Translations under genes and position numbers: made by a program
Source of the DNA: Octopus sinensis
Lineage: Eukaryota
Assembly (NCBI RefSeq): GCF_006345805.1
Contig: NC_043020.1
Coordinates: 1,364,001 to 1,428,000 of the forward strand
Length of the DNA stretch: 64,000 bases
Direction of reading: 5' to 3'
The notes under the pieces: model-generated
Database searches by the model: none
Seen by the model: only the letters and a program-made list of their open reading frames with translations
What the model was told of the DNA's origin: nothing
In this document: positions 12,189-24,339 of the stretch, piece by piece
How the letters are laid out: each line of letters begins with the position of its first letter
Position numbering within the stretch: position 1 is the stretch's first letter

Positions 12189-12921
12189 GCCTGTATACGT
12201 TTAAAGGTCCGGAGATAAGGGTTGCAAACTCAAGGGCTACTTCGGGCGGCACACACTCCAGCTAGCTTCGCCACGGATGCTCGGGGACACTAAATCATGG
12301 TTACAAAACGGTTACATCGTTCTGCAACACCACTTCAGAGCTTGTAGAGTTTATCCCAAATCAGTAAGGGCCAAGCGTTACTGGTATTGACGGTGTTGGC
12401 AGACCCCTACCCACATAACTAAACTCAAATAAAAATTTCGAACAAATAAAAAAAAAAAACAGGGGTAACTTTGCCGTCCGTCCTTCAAGACCCTAAGTGC
12501 CGCTTACGCACACAACTCCAGAAACTAGACACTGAAAATGCAGTTATCTTTAGACTTTGCAATATCAGGAAGAGCTTTAAAGAATTTCTTCTGTTTTCTG
12601 CTTTTCATTCATTCATAAGATGCTAAAATATAAAAAAAACTTTAAAAACAATTTCTATGTTAGCGACATCAATTACAACGACATTGTCCGAACGTACGAA
12701 ACTAAAATAGTTGAATTTTTTTATTTTTTCATAAAGGGGAAACTACTCTTATTTGTTTATTTTATGGAAGGGAGGCTCTCTACAAGGTCGCATCAATTCC
12801 TAGAAACAGCAGGTAAAACTCCGGCAAATCACATCCGAAAAAAAACGGAGAGAGGCGATGGTCACGGCTAGAATGACTTGGAGTTGTCGGATCACGGCTG
12901 TATTTTTCTTCAATTATTATT

Positions 12922-13267
12922 ACTCTCTTACTTGTTTCAGTCATTTGACTGTGGCCATGCTGCAGCACCGCCTTTAGTCGAGCAACTCGACCCCAGGACT
13001 TATTCGGTGTATTTTGCCGAACCACTAACTTACGGGGACGTAAACACACCAGCATCGGTTGTCAAGCAATGCTAGGGGACAAATACAAACACAAACATAT
13101 ATACGACGGGCTTCTTTCAGTTTCCATCTACCAAATCCACTCACAAGGCTTTGGTCGGCTCGAGGCTATATTAGAGGACACTTGTCCAAGGTGCCACGCA
13201 GTGGGACTGAACCCGGGACCATGTGGTTCGTAAGCAAGCTATTTACCACACAGCCACTCATCCGCCT
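12922..13267 (-). mobile_element. SINE family A copy
   Basis: Reverse complement of the 988-1372 consensus, from tail to head. Confidence 0.85.
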
Positions 13268-14314
13268 AGTTGTTTAACTTTGTTTTAATGTTTTGTCTAA
13301 TGCAGTGTTCCTCAACCACTTTCTACCTATGGACCCTTATGATTCCTATTTTACTCGGGTAGACCCTCATAGCAATTCAATATTTTATAAATCCCATTTA
13401 ATTTTTATAATTAAACATTACTAAATTATTTTGTATACTGCAGAAATATAAGTATATGAATTTTAACAACAAAATCTTGAACAGACCCCAGTTGAGAATC
13501 TCCAACTGAAATTCAGAACAATAAATTACTATTTAATTTTTTATTATACACAAGATTCAGTCAGTGAACTACAGCCAAGCTAACTCATCACTTTCAAAGG
13601 ATTTTTCATAGAAGTCATTGTGACAAAAATATATTTCAGCCTGGTATTTATTTTAAGAACATGATGTATTATTTTATGTTTAAATCGGGTGCATTTGATG
13701 CACAACTTAAAGGATAATTACTTTAGGTTACTTTTTAGTTTATTTTCCAATTTCTAAAAATCCTTAAGATAAATGCTAATCATCATCATCGTTTAACGTC
13801 CGCTTTCCATGCTAGCATGGGTTGGACGATTTTGACTGAGGGCTGGCAAACCAGATGGCTGCACCAGGCTCCGATCTTGATCTGGCAGAGTTTCTACAGC
13901 TGGATGCCCTTCCTAATGCCAACCACTCCGAGAGTGTAGTTGGTGCTTTGCTAAAGATTTCATAAATTCTTTTGAGCATAATTAGCATTGTTAGCATTGT
14001 TGCTACTTTAATGATAATAAAACCAGGTTTCATTTATTTGTTAGTAAATAATAAAATACCAAGAATAAACAATATAATAATTAAAATAAGAGTGTAGATC
14101 ACACAAGTTTGGTAGCTGTGGGTTTTGTGACATAAAGAAAAATATTTGGGCAGGATACAGTTGGATTAAATGCTAAAGAAGCTCACTTCCTAATTACATG
14201 GTTTCAGGTTCAGTTCCAGTGCATAGCATATTGGGCAAAAATGTCTCCTATTATAGCCCTGGGACAACCAATGCATTGTGAGTCTAATGACAGGAGAGTC
14301 CATCATATATATAT

Positions 14315-14828
14315 CATCATCATCATCATTTAGCGTCCGTTTTCCATGCTAGCATGGGTTGGACAGTTCAACTGGGGTCTGTGAAGCTGGAAGGCTTCAT
14401 CAGGCCCAGTCAGATCTGGCAGTGTTTCTACGGCTGGATGCCCTTCCTAACGCCAACCACTCCGTGAGTGTAGTGGGTGCTTTTTACGTGCCACCTGCAC
14501 AGGTGCCAGACAGAGCTGGCAAACGGCCACGAACGGATGGTGCTTTTACGTGTCACCGGCACGGGGGCCAGGCGAGGCTGGCAACGGACACGAACGGATG
14601 GTGCTTTTACGTGCCACCAACACGGGGGCCAGACAGAGCTGGCAAACGGCCACGAACGGATGGTGCTTTTACGTGTCACCAGCACGGGGGCCAGGGAGGC
14701 TGGCAACGGACACGAACGGATGGTGCTTTTACATGTCACCGACATGGGGGCCAGACAGGGCTGGCAAACGGCACGAACGGATGGTGCTTTTACGTGTCAC
14801 CGGCACGGGGGCCAGACAGAGCTGGCAA
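14315..14828 (-). mobile_element. SINE/retroposon family C with (TGA)n tail and internal ~61-bp tandem array
   Basis: (ATC)n, then TTTAGCGTCCGTTTTCCATGCTAGCATGGGTTGGAC, the motif CTGGATGCCCTTCCTAACGCCAACC and six ~61-bp units. Other copies lie near 13780-13950, 27190-27500, 29420-29730, 35834-36270, 40890-41630 and 44180-44510. Confidence 0.8.
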
Positions 14829-14844
14829 ATATATATATATTATA

Positions 14845-14911
<67 letters not shown>

Positions 14912-15077
14912 GTATATAATGTATATATATATATGTATATATATATATAATATAGATATATATATATATATGTATATATATTATATATATATATGTATAT
15001 ATATATATAATGTATATATATATATATAATTATATATATATATATATATATCTATAATATATATATGTATATATATG

Positions 15078-15108
<31 letters not shown>

Positions 15109-15212
15109 GTATATATATGTATATATATATAGTATATATATATATATATCTATATATATATATATATATGTATATATATAATATATGTATATATATGTAT
15201 ATATATATGTAT

Positions 15213-15243
<31 letters not shown>

Positions 15244-15289
15244 TGTATATATATGTATATATATATATGTATATATATATAATACTATA

Positions 15290-15329
<40 letters not shown>

Positions 15330-15347
15330 TATATATGTATATATATG

Positions 15348-15378
<31 letters not shown>

Positions 15379-15434
15379 GTCTAATATGTTATATATATGT
15401 ATATCTATATATGTATATATATATGTGTATAATA

Positions 15435-15465
<31 letters not shown>

Positions 15466-15490
15466 CTATATAATATATATATATATATAC

Positions 15491-15523
<33 letters not shown>

Positions 15524-15541
15524 GATATATATATATATATA
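14829..15541. repeat. Long imperfect (TA)n microsatellite, ~710 bp
   Basis: Direct reading; interrupted by TG/TC variants. Confidence 0.95.
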
Positions 15542-15542
15542 C

Positions 15543-15577
<35 letters not shown>

Positions 15578-16117
15578 ACCGGTTTCTTTCATTTCTGTTT
15601 CCTATATCCACTCACAAGGCATGGTCAGCCTGAGACTATATAGTAGAAGACACTTGCCCAAGGTGCCACACAGTGGGACTGAACCCAGAACCACGTGGTT
15701 GGGAAGCAAGCTTCTTACCACAGAGCCACACCTGTGCCTATAAAGAGCAATAACTATTGACATATGCATAAACAGTAACTCTTTGCCATATCGCAGTTTA
15801 TCTATCGCATACTCAGTACATCACAGATTTTTCTGGCTAATACACGTAAATTTATATTGTGGACTCCTCAGTATACTGCGGGTTTCTGTGGCTGAAAGGT
15901 ATTTATATTTTTTTTTAGATCTTAATTATTTCTGTGGGAGGTTTTAGAATATAACACCTGTGATTGTCAAGGGATTACTGTACACTCATTACCTATTCTC
16001 TCTATCTTCGATTGCATTGTTTACAATGAAGTATTCATATGTGAGACATTCTAACTTTCTGTAGAGGCTCTGAATTCTGTATAGAATCTATAGAGATAAA
16101 TTTAAAAGTGGAAATAC

Positions 16118-16525
16118 ATATGAGGTGGGTGCTGAAAAGTTCCTAGCTTTAACACTTTAGCATTCAGATTACTTTGTCAAATGTAATGTGTTTATGCACA
16201 CTGCTTCTAATTAATCCTGTATTAACGTGTGGCTTTGAGATTTCAATGATGTTATTGTTCAACTTTAGAAGGACATTGCAGGGTGGGTGTAAGATGCGGG
16301 ACCTGGCTGATTTGGACGTAAAACAGGTAGAACATTTGTGCCTGATATGGCCAGTTTAAATGCTAAAAGGTTAAGGGTATCACAAAAGGCCTGGTTGGAG
16401 GCCCAAGGCTTCGAAAAACTAAAGGACCACTGCAAGAAGCAAGTGAATCTGAGAGGGGAATAGGTTGAATAAAACCATAATTAACTGATCCTCCTGTATT
16501 TTCTTTTACTTTTCAACATATAAAT
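16118..16525 (+). mobile_element. Mariner-derived MITE/relic, split by a nested TTAA-specific MITE
   Basis: TATGAGGTGGGTGCTGAAAAGTTCCTAGCTTTAA|GGGTATCACAAAAGGCC...; the same family appears inverted at ~29990-30108. The stretch EKLKDHCKKQVNLRGE*VE resembles a mariner transposase C-terminus. Confidence 0.55.
16153..16370. mobile_element. piggyBac-like MITE with TTAA target duplication
   Basis: TTAA (16149-52), CACTTTAGCATT ... AATGCTAAAAGG, TTAA (16371-74). Removing it restores the host MITE sequence CTTTAAGGGTATC. Related ends at ~29390 and ~45262. Confidence 0.7.
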
Positions 16526-16669
16526 ATATGAGTGGGTGGTGCAAAGTACCTGGCTTTAAGGGTATCACAAAATACCTGGAATTCTTCAGTACCCTCACCC
16601 CCCGCATACATTTAACTGTACAGTATGGTTCTATGCTGGACAGCAGCGGTGTTGTATACATTTTCTCTC

Positions 16670-17083
16670 TTTACTCTTTTAGTTGTTTCAGTCATTTGAC
16701 TGCGGCCATGCTGGAGCACCGCCTTTAGTCGAGCAAATTGACCCCGGGACTTATTCTTTGTAAGCCCAGTACTCATTCTATCGGTCTCTTTTTGCCGAAC
16801 CGCTAAGTGACGGGGACGCAAACATACCAGCATCGGTTGTCAAGCAATGCTAGGGGGACAAACACAGTCACACAATCATACACACACACACACAATATAT
16901 ATATACATATACATATATACGACAGGCTTCTTTCAGTTTCCGTCTACCAAATCCACTCACAAGGCTTTGGTCGGCCCGGGGCTATAGCAGAAGACACTTG
17001 CCCAAGATGCCACGCAGTGGGACTGAACCCGGAACCATGTGGTTGGTAAGCAAGCTACTTACCACACAGCCACTCCTGCGCCT
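16670..17083 (-). mobile_element. SINE family A copy, full length
   Basis: Reverse complement of the family A head, microsatellite and tail. Confidence 0.88.
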
Positions 17084-17677
17084 ATATCTACAAGTTTAGA
17101 ACAATGAATCTTTGGATTGTACTCAGTGGTTCAACTGCCTCCTTAAGTTGCATCCACCTGTACCTCTGCTCACTCAGGGCTGACCTGGAGCTATATAATA
17201 ACTGAAACGTGATACGGTCTTTAGTGGGCCATTGAAGTTAGTTAAGTGACAGTAGTGTTTGCGACAGGATATGAAGTGGATGGTGACAACAAGGGCTGAC
17301 TGCTACAGATACCATATAATCTTTCGATTCAGTCAACCATACTCAGCACGAGCGCGCGCGTTTGAATGTGTGTGTGTCTAAGTAATCATGTCATTATATA
17401 GTATTGTAATGTAACATATTGACTGGAACCTATACCAGATATTCATTCAGTTCAGCCATCCATACTCAACACATTTGTGTGTGTGTGTGTGTGTGTGTGA
17501 ACCTATATATGTCTGTGTGTCTCAGATTAATCAAATAATTATATGGTATTGTTATGTAAGGTGATATTGTCTTCTTCAAGTGTTATTAGGGTAATTTAAT
17601 ATCAAAATTTTAATTGATACCACTTAATGGCTAATAAGGCTTTTATTGTTCAGTTTTATTCTACATTTTTGTTTTCA

Positions 17678-17853
17678 GGTGCAGGAGTGACTGTGTGGTA
17701 AGTAGCTTGCTTACCAACCACATGGTTCCGGGTTCAGTCCCACTGTGTGGCACCTTGGGCAAGTGTCTTCTACTATAGCCTCGGGCCAACCAAAGCCTTG
17801 TGAGTGGATTTGGTAGACAGACACTGAAAGAAGCCCATCGTATATATATATAC

Positions 17854-17926
<73 letters not shown>

Positions 17927-18193
17927 GTGTGTGTGTGTTGTGTGTGGAGGCGCAATGGCCCAGTGGTTAGGGCAGCGGACTCGCAGTCGGAGGATCGCGG
18001 TGTTCGATTCCCAGAGGCTCCGGCAGGAGGTGGTGATCCCTGCTGTACTCTTTCACCACTCTTTCTCTCACTCTTTCTTGTGTTGGCCTGGTCGCTTAGC
18101 AGCGGGGTGGCGTCGTTTCGAAGGCTAAAACAATGCAAACGCATTGTGACCAGCGATGTGTAGCAACATCTGACGGTCTGGTCGGTCACGGTG

Positions 18194-18246
<53 letters not shown>

Positions 18247-18475
18247 GTATGTGTGTGTGTGTGTGTATATGTTTGTGTGTCTGTGTTTGTCCCCCACACA
18301 TCACTTGAAAACCGATGCTGGTGTGTTTACGTCCCTGTAACTTAGTGGTTCAGCAAAAGAGACCGATAAATACTAGGCTTACAAAGAATAAGTCCTGGGG
18401 TCGATTTGCTCGCTAAAGGCAGTGATCCAGCATGGCCACAGTCAAATGACTGAAACGAGTAAAAGAGTAAAAGAG
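17678..18475 (+). mobile_element. SINE family A copy with another SINE nested in its microsatellite
   Basis: Head at 17678-17845, (TG)n, insert 17946-18194, (TA)n, tail at 18280-18475. Confidence 0.8.
17946..18194 (+). mobile_element. tRNA-derived SINE, distinct family E
   Basis: GGAGGCGCAATGGCCCAGTGGTTAGGGC (A-box) ... GTTCGATTCCC (B-box), with a body unrelated to families A-C. There is no valid anticodon arm, so it is not a tRNA gene. Confidence 0.7.
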
Positions 18476-18875
18476 AGAGCAGACACTATCTCATTACAGA
18501 AATAATTCACTTTCAGGTTCAAATCCTACAGCATGCCACCTTAGGCAAAGGTCTTCCACTATAGTCTGGGCTGACCAATGTCTTGTGAGTGAATTTGCTA
18601 GATGGAAACTGTACAGAAACCTATTGTGTATTTGTGTGCATGTGTGTGTATGAACATATATGTACATGTGGCACAGCAGTGGCTGAGCTTGTTTCCCAAC
18701 AACATGGTTCTGGGGTTCAGTCCCACTACGTGGCACCCTGGGCAAGTGTCTTTTATTATAGTTATAGCCTCAGGCTGACCAAAGCCTTGTGAGTGGATTT
18801 GATAGATGGAAACTGAAAGAAGATCGGTGTGTGTGTATGTGTGTGTGTGTGTGGTGTGTGTGTGTGTGTGTGTGT

Positions 18876-18918
<43 letters not shown>

Positions 18919-19809
18919 TTGTGTGTGTGTGTGTGTGTGTGTGCTATGTTTGTACCACCAACACTGCTTGACAACCGGTGTTATGTGTTTATGTCCCCTG
19001 TAACCTAGCAGTTTGGCAAAAGAGACTGATAGAATAAGTATCAGGCTTAAAAAAAAAGTAGTGAGGGATTCAACTAAAAATTCAAGGCAGTGCCCCAGCA
19101 TGGCCGCAGTCTAATGAAAAGCAAGTAAAAGATGTGTGTGCTTTTGTATATATGTTGCTCTTGTCCTCATCACTTGGCAGTCAAGTGTTTGTTTGTTTAC
19201 ATCCCCACATCTTGATAATTCATCAAAACAAACTGATATGCTAAAATAAACTTCTTGAGAAGCCTGCATTGCAACGACATAGTTTGGGGTTCAGTGTCAC
19301 TGTGCAGCGGCACCTTGGGCAAAAGTCTTCTACTAAAGCGCCAGGCTGACCAATACCTTCTCAGCAAATTGAGTAAGTGGAAACTGTAAAAGCCTGATGT
19401 GTGTATGTGCATGTATTATATATATAATACAAAATGGGACGAGAATCCACAACCTTGCGATCATGATGCTGACATCCTAACCACTAAGCCACGCGCCTCC
19501 ACACAGAAACGCACACACACACACACACACAACATGCTTCTTTCAGTTTCCAGTTATCAAAGACACTCACAAGGTTTTGGTCAGCCACAGGCTATAGTAG
19601 AAGACACTTGCCCAAGATGCCATGCAGTGGGACTGAACCCAGAACCATATGGTTGGGAAGCAAGTTTCTTACTACACAGCTACGTCTGCAATTTTACATA
19701 TTTCACAAACAAGGAAAGGATGTTATTTTGTTTTTCATTCTCATCACTGATTCTTTGATACAGTTAATGTAAACAGTCAAGGTGACTCATTAGTATTTGT
19801 AGCACAAGA

Positions 19810-20190
19810 GGTGGTGGCGGTGGTAGTGATGGTGGTGGTTGTACTTGTAGTGGTGTGTACGACGATAGTGATGCTGGTAGTGATGGTGTTAATAATGGAA
19901 GCGATGGTGTTAGTGATGGTGGTTGTAGTGCTGATAAAGGCAGTGGTGGTGGTGGTGGTTCTGATTATAGCAGAGGCTACAGTTGTAGACATGGGGTGGT
20001 GGTGATAGCTGAGGTTGTAGTCATAGAACTAGATGTAACAGTAGTAGTAGTAGTAGTAGCAGCAGCAACAGTAGTAGTAGTAGTAACAGTAGTAGTAGTA
20101 GTAGTAGCAGCAGCAACAGTAGTAGTAGTAGTAGTAGTAACAACAGTAGTAGTAGTAGTAGTTTTTTGAAGTGGTGGTGGTAGTAATGAT
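19810..20190. repeat. Degenerate (GTG/GTA/GCA)n trinucleotide array
   Basis: Direct reading. A second similar array lies at 20735-21025. Confidence 0.9.
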
Positions 20191-20368
20191 TGTGGTATTG
20201 GCAGTTGTTGTTTAACCCCAGGTCAACCCAAGTGGACCACACCAACGATCAACGAAATTCCATCCATGATCAACCAGCCTCTCTTCATCTTCGTCTACCT
20301 CACAACCTCAGGCATAGTGTACCATGGACTACATCACCCAATGAAGTCATTTCGGGTTTTGTTTTAAA

Positions 20369-20611
20369 CCCTTTTACCTGTCCAGTGTATCACCTGCGAT
20401 TCTCAGAACGTGTTTCCTTGCCGTCCGTACACCAAGCATGATACATGGTCCCCGTGATTTCTTCAACCATAAAAAGTGACTTATGAAAGCAAAGCTTTAT
20501 ATTTATTACCCATAAACGTACGAAAGAAGGGTTAAGAAAAAAAAAAGGTCTGAAAACAATGTTGGATAGAGTTTGGGACAATTTATGGAAACGGTCTGGA
20601 TAGGCGAAGGG
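20369..20611. mobile_element. piggyBac-like MITE, degraded
   Basis: Left TTAAA-CCCTTTTACCTGTCCAG versus right CTGGATAGGCGAAGGG-TTAA: an imperfect ~17-bp TIR with CCC/GGG ends and TTAA flanks. Confidence 0.45.
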
Positions 20612-21406
20612 TTAAAAATAACGTTAATTAGCTGCGAGGGTCGAGGGATATTTTGGCTACTGTTTCTAGCAAGTCGAGGAAGTACAAAGAAACCATCGCT
20701 TTAGAAGTGCTGACGGGTGTATTTGCAATATCAGCAGCAGCAGCAGTAGTAGTAGTAATGTAGTAGTAGTAGTAGTAGTAGTAATGGTGGTAGTAGTAGT
20801 AGTATGGTGGTAGTAGTAGTAGTAGTAATGGTGGTGGTAGTAGTAATGGTGGTGGTAGTAGTAGTAGTAATAGTAGTAGTAGTAGTAGTAGTAATGGTGG
20901 TGGTAGTAGTAGTAGTAATGGTAGTAGTAGTAGTAGTAATGGTGGTAGAAATAGCAACATTAGTAGTAGTAGTGGTGGTAGATGAAAATAGAAGCAGTGA
21001 AAGTAGTAGTAGTAGCAGCAGCAGCATTCTGAAAGTATCAATTACTCAAGAATCGGTACATACGCCCCAACAGATATATATATATACACACACATACATA
21101 CACACACACGAACGTCATAAACGTACATAACACACGCATACATAGAAACATACCTGTACAGACACTCTAACGTCAAAAAGGCCCAACGACGTCATAAACA
21201 CACCACACAAACGTCAGAGATTTATTAAGATTTATAAATACACCTGTACTATTGCCGCAGCCACCGCCGCCACATTCATTCATTCATTCTGCCGAAGCCG
21301 GATTATCAAATTACATGTAACACAGCAATACAAGGAACCAAAGTTTGTCTGACATGCTAGAAATAGCAACCAAAATCTATCCTTACACTGGACAGACACA
21401 ACGAGG

Positions 21407-21805
21407 GGATCTTTTCGGTTTGAACGGCAGTTTTTAACATAATTTTAAACTTCGTATACTGGTAGAATGTGTTTATAGAACATCATTTTCTCTTGGCTTT
21501 ATTGAGAAAATTCTATAGGTTGTAAGATGTTTGTTTGTTTTTTCTTCTTCAATTTCTGCAATTTCAACCAATCACTGACGTCCATTGAGGTAAAAAAAAA
21601 ACATTGTGCCGTATGAATATGTCCCTCGTTTAAGAAACAGATTGGGTTTATTTACATTTGTGAAGAAAAAAAAAGATACCCTTCCCTCCACCCCTAACCC
21701 TAAAACAGATTGAAATGCAATAGATCGATACTAGGGTCATAATTATGGGTGACAATTTCATATGATACCGCTAGAAAAAAACTGCCGTTCAAACCGAAAA
21801 GATTC
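21407..21805 (+). mobile_element. MITE with 28-bp TIRs and 8-bp TSD (Merlin- or hAT-like)
   Basis: GGATCTTTTCGGTTTGAACGGCAGTTTT / AAAACTGCCGTTCAAACCGAAAAGATTC. Flanks CAACGAGG (21399-406) and TAACGAGG (21806-13). Confidence 0.85.
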
Positions 21806-23181
21806 TAACGAGGGAGTCTCAACTTGAGCATTCCGTGCAAATTGAGAATAAATTTGGTTGCTATTTTGATAAAAGACCAAATTTACTCTCAAACTGCAAT
21901 TAACTATTTTAGAAAAAAAACAAGGAGAAAAAAATAGGTTTGGCTGCAGAAAACGAGTGATTATTTCCGTTGCTGTTTATTTCTAAAATTTTCGACGATA
22001 TTAGCTTCTCGAAAACTATTTAACAAAGTAAAAACGGCGCAAAGTTAAAAGCAAACAAAACACACACAAACACAATATACTTTTACTTGTTTCAGTCATT
22101 AGACTGTGGCATAACCTTGAAGAATTTTAGTCGAACGAATTGACCCTTGTACTTTTTGAAAGTCTACTACTTATTCTATTGATTTGTTTTGCCGAACTGC
22201 TAAGTTACGGAGACGTCGACACGAAGACTCTCACACGCGCTCAACGGTTTCTTATTTCTTTATTGCCCACAAGGGGCTAAACATAGCGGGGACAAACAAG
22301 GAGAGACAAAGGGATTAAGTCGATTACATCGACCCCAGCGCGTAACTGGTACTTATTTAATCGACCCCGAAAGGATGAAAGGCAAAGTCGACCTCGGCGG
22401 AATCTGAACTCAACGTAACGGCAGACGAAATACCCCTAAGCATTTCGCACGGTGTGCTAACCACTCTGCCAGCTCGCCGGTTTCTTTCGGTTTCTGTCTA
22501 CCAAATCCACTCACAAGGTTTTGGTCGGCCCGAGGCTATAGTAGAAGATACTTTCTCGAGGTGTCACGCAGTGGGACCGAACCCGGAACCATGTGGTTGG
22601 GAAGCAAAAACAAGATAAATAGAACTTAGAATATAAGTGTAAATTTTTGATCACTTTTAACTGGGAGCTGTTACAAAAGTGACTCAAGGACAGAAAGTTT
22701 CGTACATCGAACTTTTTGATACACGAAACTCTCGGCCTTTGAGTCACTTTTGTAACTTTTGACAATAATAATAATAATTCTTTCTACTACAGGCACAACA
22801 CCTGAATTGGGGGGGGGGCGATTACAACGATCCCAGTGCCCAACTTATACTTATATTATGGACCCTGTAAGGACGAAGGACAAAGTTGACCTCGGCGAAA
22901 TTTGAACTCAGGATCATCATCATCATCATTATTAGTTCTTTCTACTAAAGGCGCAACACCTGAAATTTTGGAGTGAGTGTTAGTCGATTACATCGACCCT
23001 AGTGCTCAACTAGTATTTAATTTATCGACACTGGAAGGACGAAAGCGCAAAGTCGACCGCTGGGTAATTTGAACTCAACGTAAAGACGGACGAAATGCTG
23101 CTAAGCGTTTTATCCGGCATGCTAAAGATTCTACTGGCACGCAAATAATATTAATGATGTGTGTGTGTGTGTGTTTATGTA

Positions 23182-23988
23182 CAGGGTGGACCAAAATGAT
23201 CTGACACATTTGGAGGCTTAATAAAAGCACAAAATAAGAAATGATGGAAAGAAAAATTTTATTTTCTGAATGTACATATAATGCCATTTTATTTCATTAA
23301 GTTTAAAAAATTAAACCAGCTAAATGTTTCCCATCATTGTCAACACACTGTTGGAGACGTTCATTAGAGTTATCGATAACTCTAGGGATCATTTCTTCTG
23401 GAATGGTGAGATGGGATTTCTTCTTGTTTGGATATTTAAAATCAAAAGTATTCAGTCATCGCCTTCGATCTATTGATGAATTAAAACGTGCAATTTGAGT
23501 AGAAATAGCAACCATTCCAGAAGAAATGATCCAAAGAGTTTTCGATAACTTTCATGAACGTAGCGGCAGACGAAATACCTATTTCTTTACTGCCCACAAG
23601 GGGCTAAACACAGAGAGGACAAGCAAGGACAGACCAACGGATTAAGTCGATTATATCGACCCCAGTGCGTAACTGGTATTTATTTAATCGACCCCGAAAG
23701 GATGAAAGGCAAAGTCGACCTCAGCGGAATTTGAACTCAGAACGTAACGGCAGACGAAATACTGCTAAGCATTTCGCCGCCTTTCGAACGTTGTACCTAG
23801 CAACCATTAATCACTATTCTGTGTGTTGACAATGACTGGAAGCATTTATCTGATTTAATTTTAAAAAACTTAATGAAATAAAATGGCATTATATGTAGAT
23901 TCAGAAAATAAAATTTTTCTTTTCATTATTTCTTATTTTATGCTTTTATTAAGCCTCCAAATGTGTCAGATCATTTTGGTCCACCCTG
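23182..23988 (+). mobile_element. Tc1/mariner-superfamily deletion derivative with TA TSD
   Basis: TA|CAGGGTGGACC...GGTCCACCCTG|TA. The interior from 23412 reads WDFFLFGYLKSKVFSHRLRSIDELKRAI*VEIATIPEEMIQRVFDNFHER...CVDNDWKHL, a Tc1/mariner-type transposase C-terminus. Interrupted by a SINE B segment at 23562-23820. Confidence 0.85.
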
Positions 23989-24339
23989 TATATATACGCA
24001 TGGCTATGTTATTTCTATTGAAAAAATTATGTAAACAACACATTCGATATTGCTTAAAACAAATCCGATTAATCACATCTTTATATCATTGATCACCAAA
24101 CGCCTAAAGTTTTATCTGCGTATCTACTGAAAAACAACAAAGTTAATACATTTGTCAACACGACAATATTTGGGTGCATTGATATCGATCTCTGAAATCA
24201 TCAACATGCTGACAAAACCGTTCTGCCCAACAGACCTTTCCCGCCTAAATACCAAACTCAGAAACAACAGAAACAACTTCAATATATGGACCGCATAACT
24301 AAAGAATAGTGATTAATGGTTGCTAGGTACAACATTCGA

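Noticed and set aside
14359-14950. ORFs with repeated peptides, and a CRISPR-like appearance of the ~61-bp array
   Set aside because: Units are contiguous with no unique spacers, lie inside a dispersed eukaryotic retroposon, and there are no cas genes.
17946-18015. Possible tRNA gene, and similar heads in other SINEs
   Set aside because: A- and B-boxes are present but there is no proper anticodon arm or acceptor stem, and the sequence continues into a SINE body.
19777-20245. Thr-rich mucin-like, poly-Val and poly-Leu ORFs, also at 20628-21130
   Set aside because: Translations of trinucleotide microsatellites, with no convincing splice sites or flanking exons.
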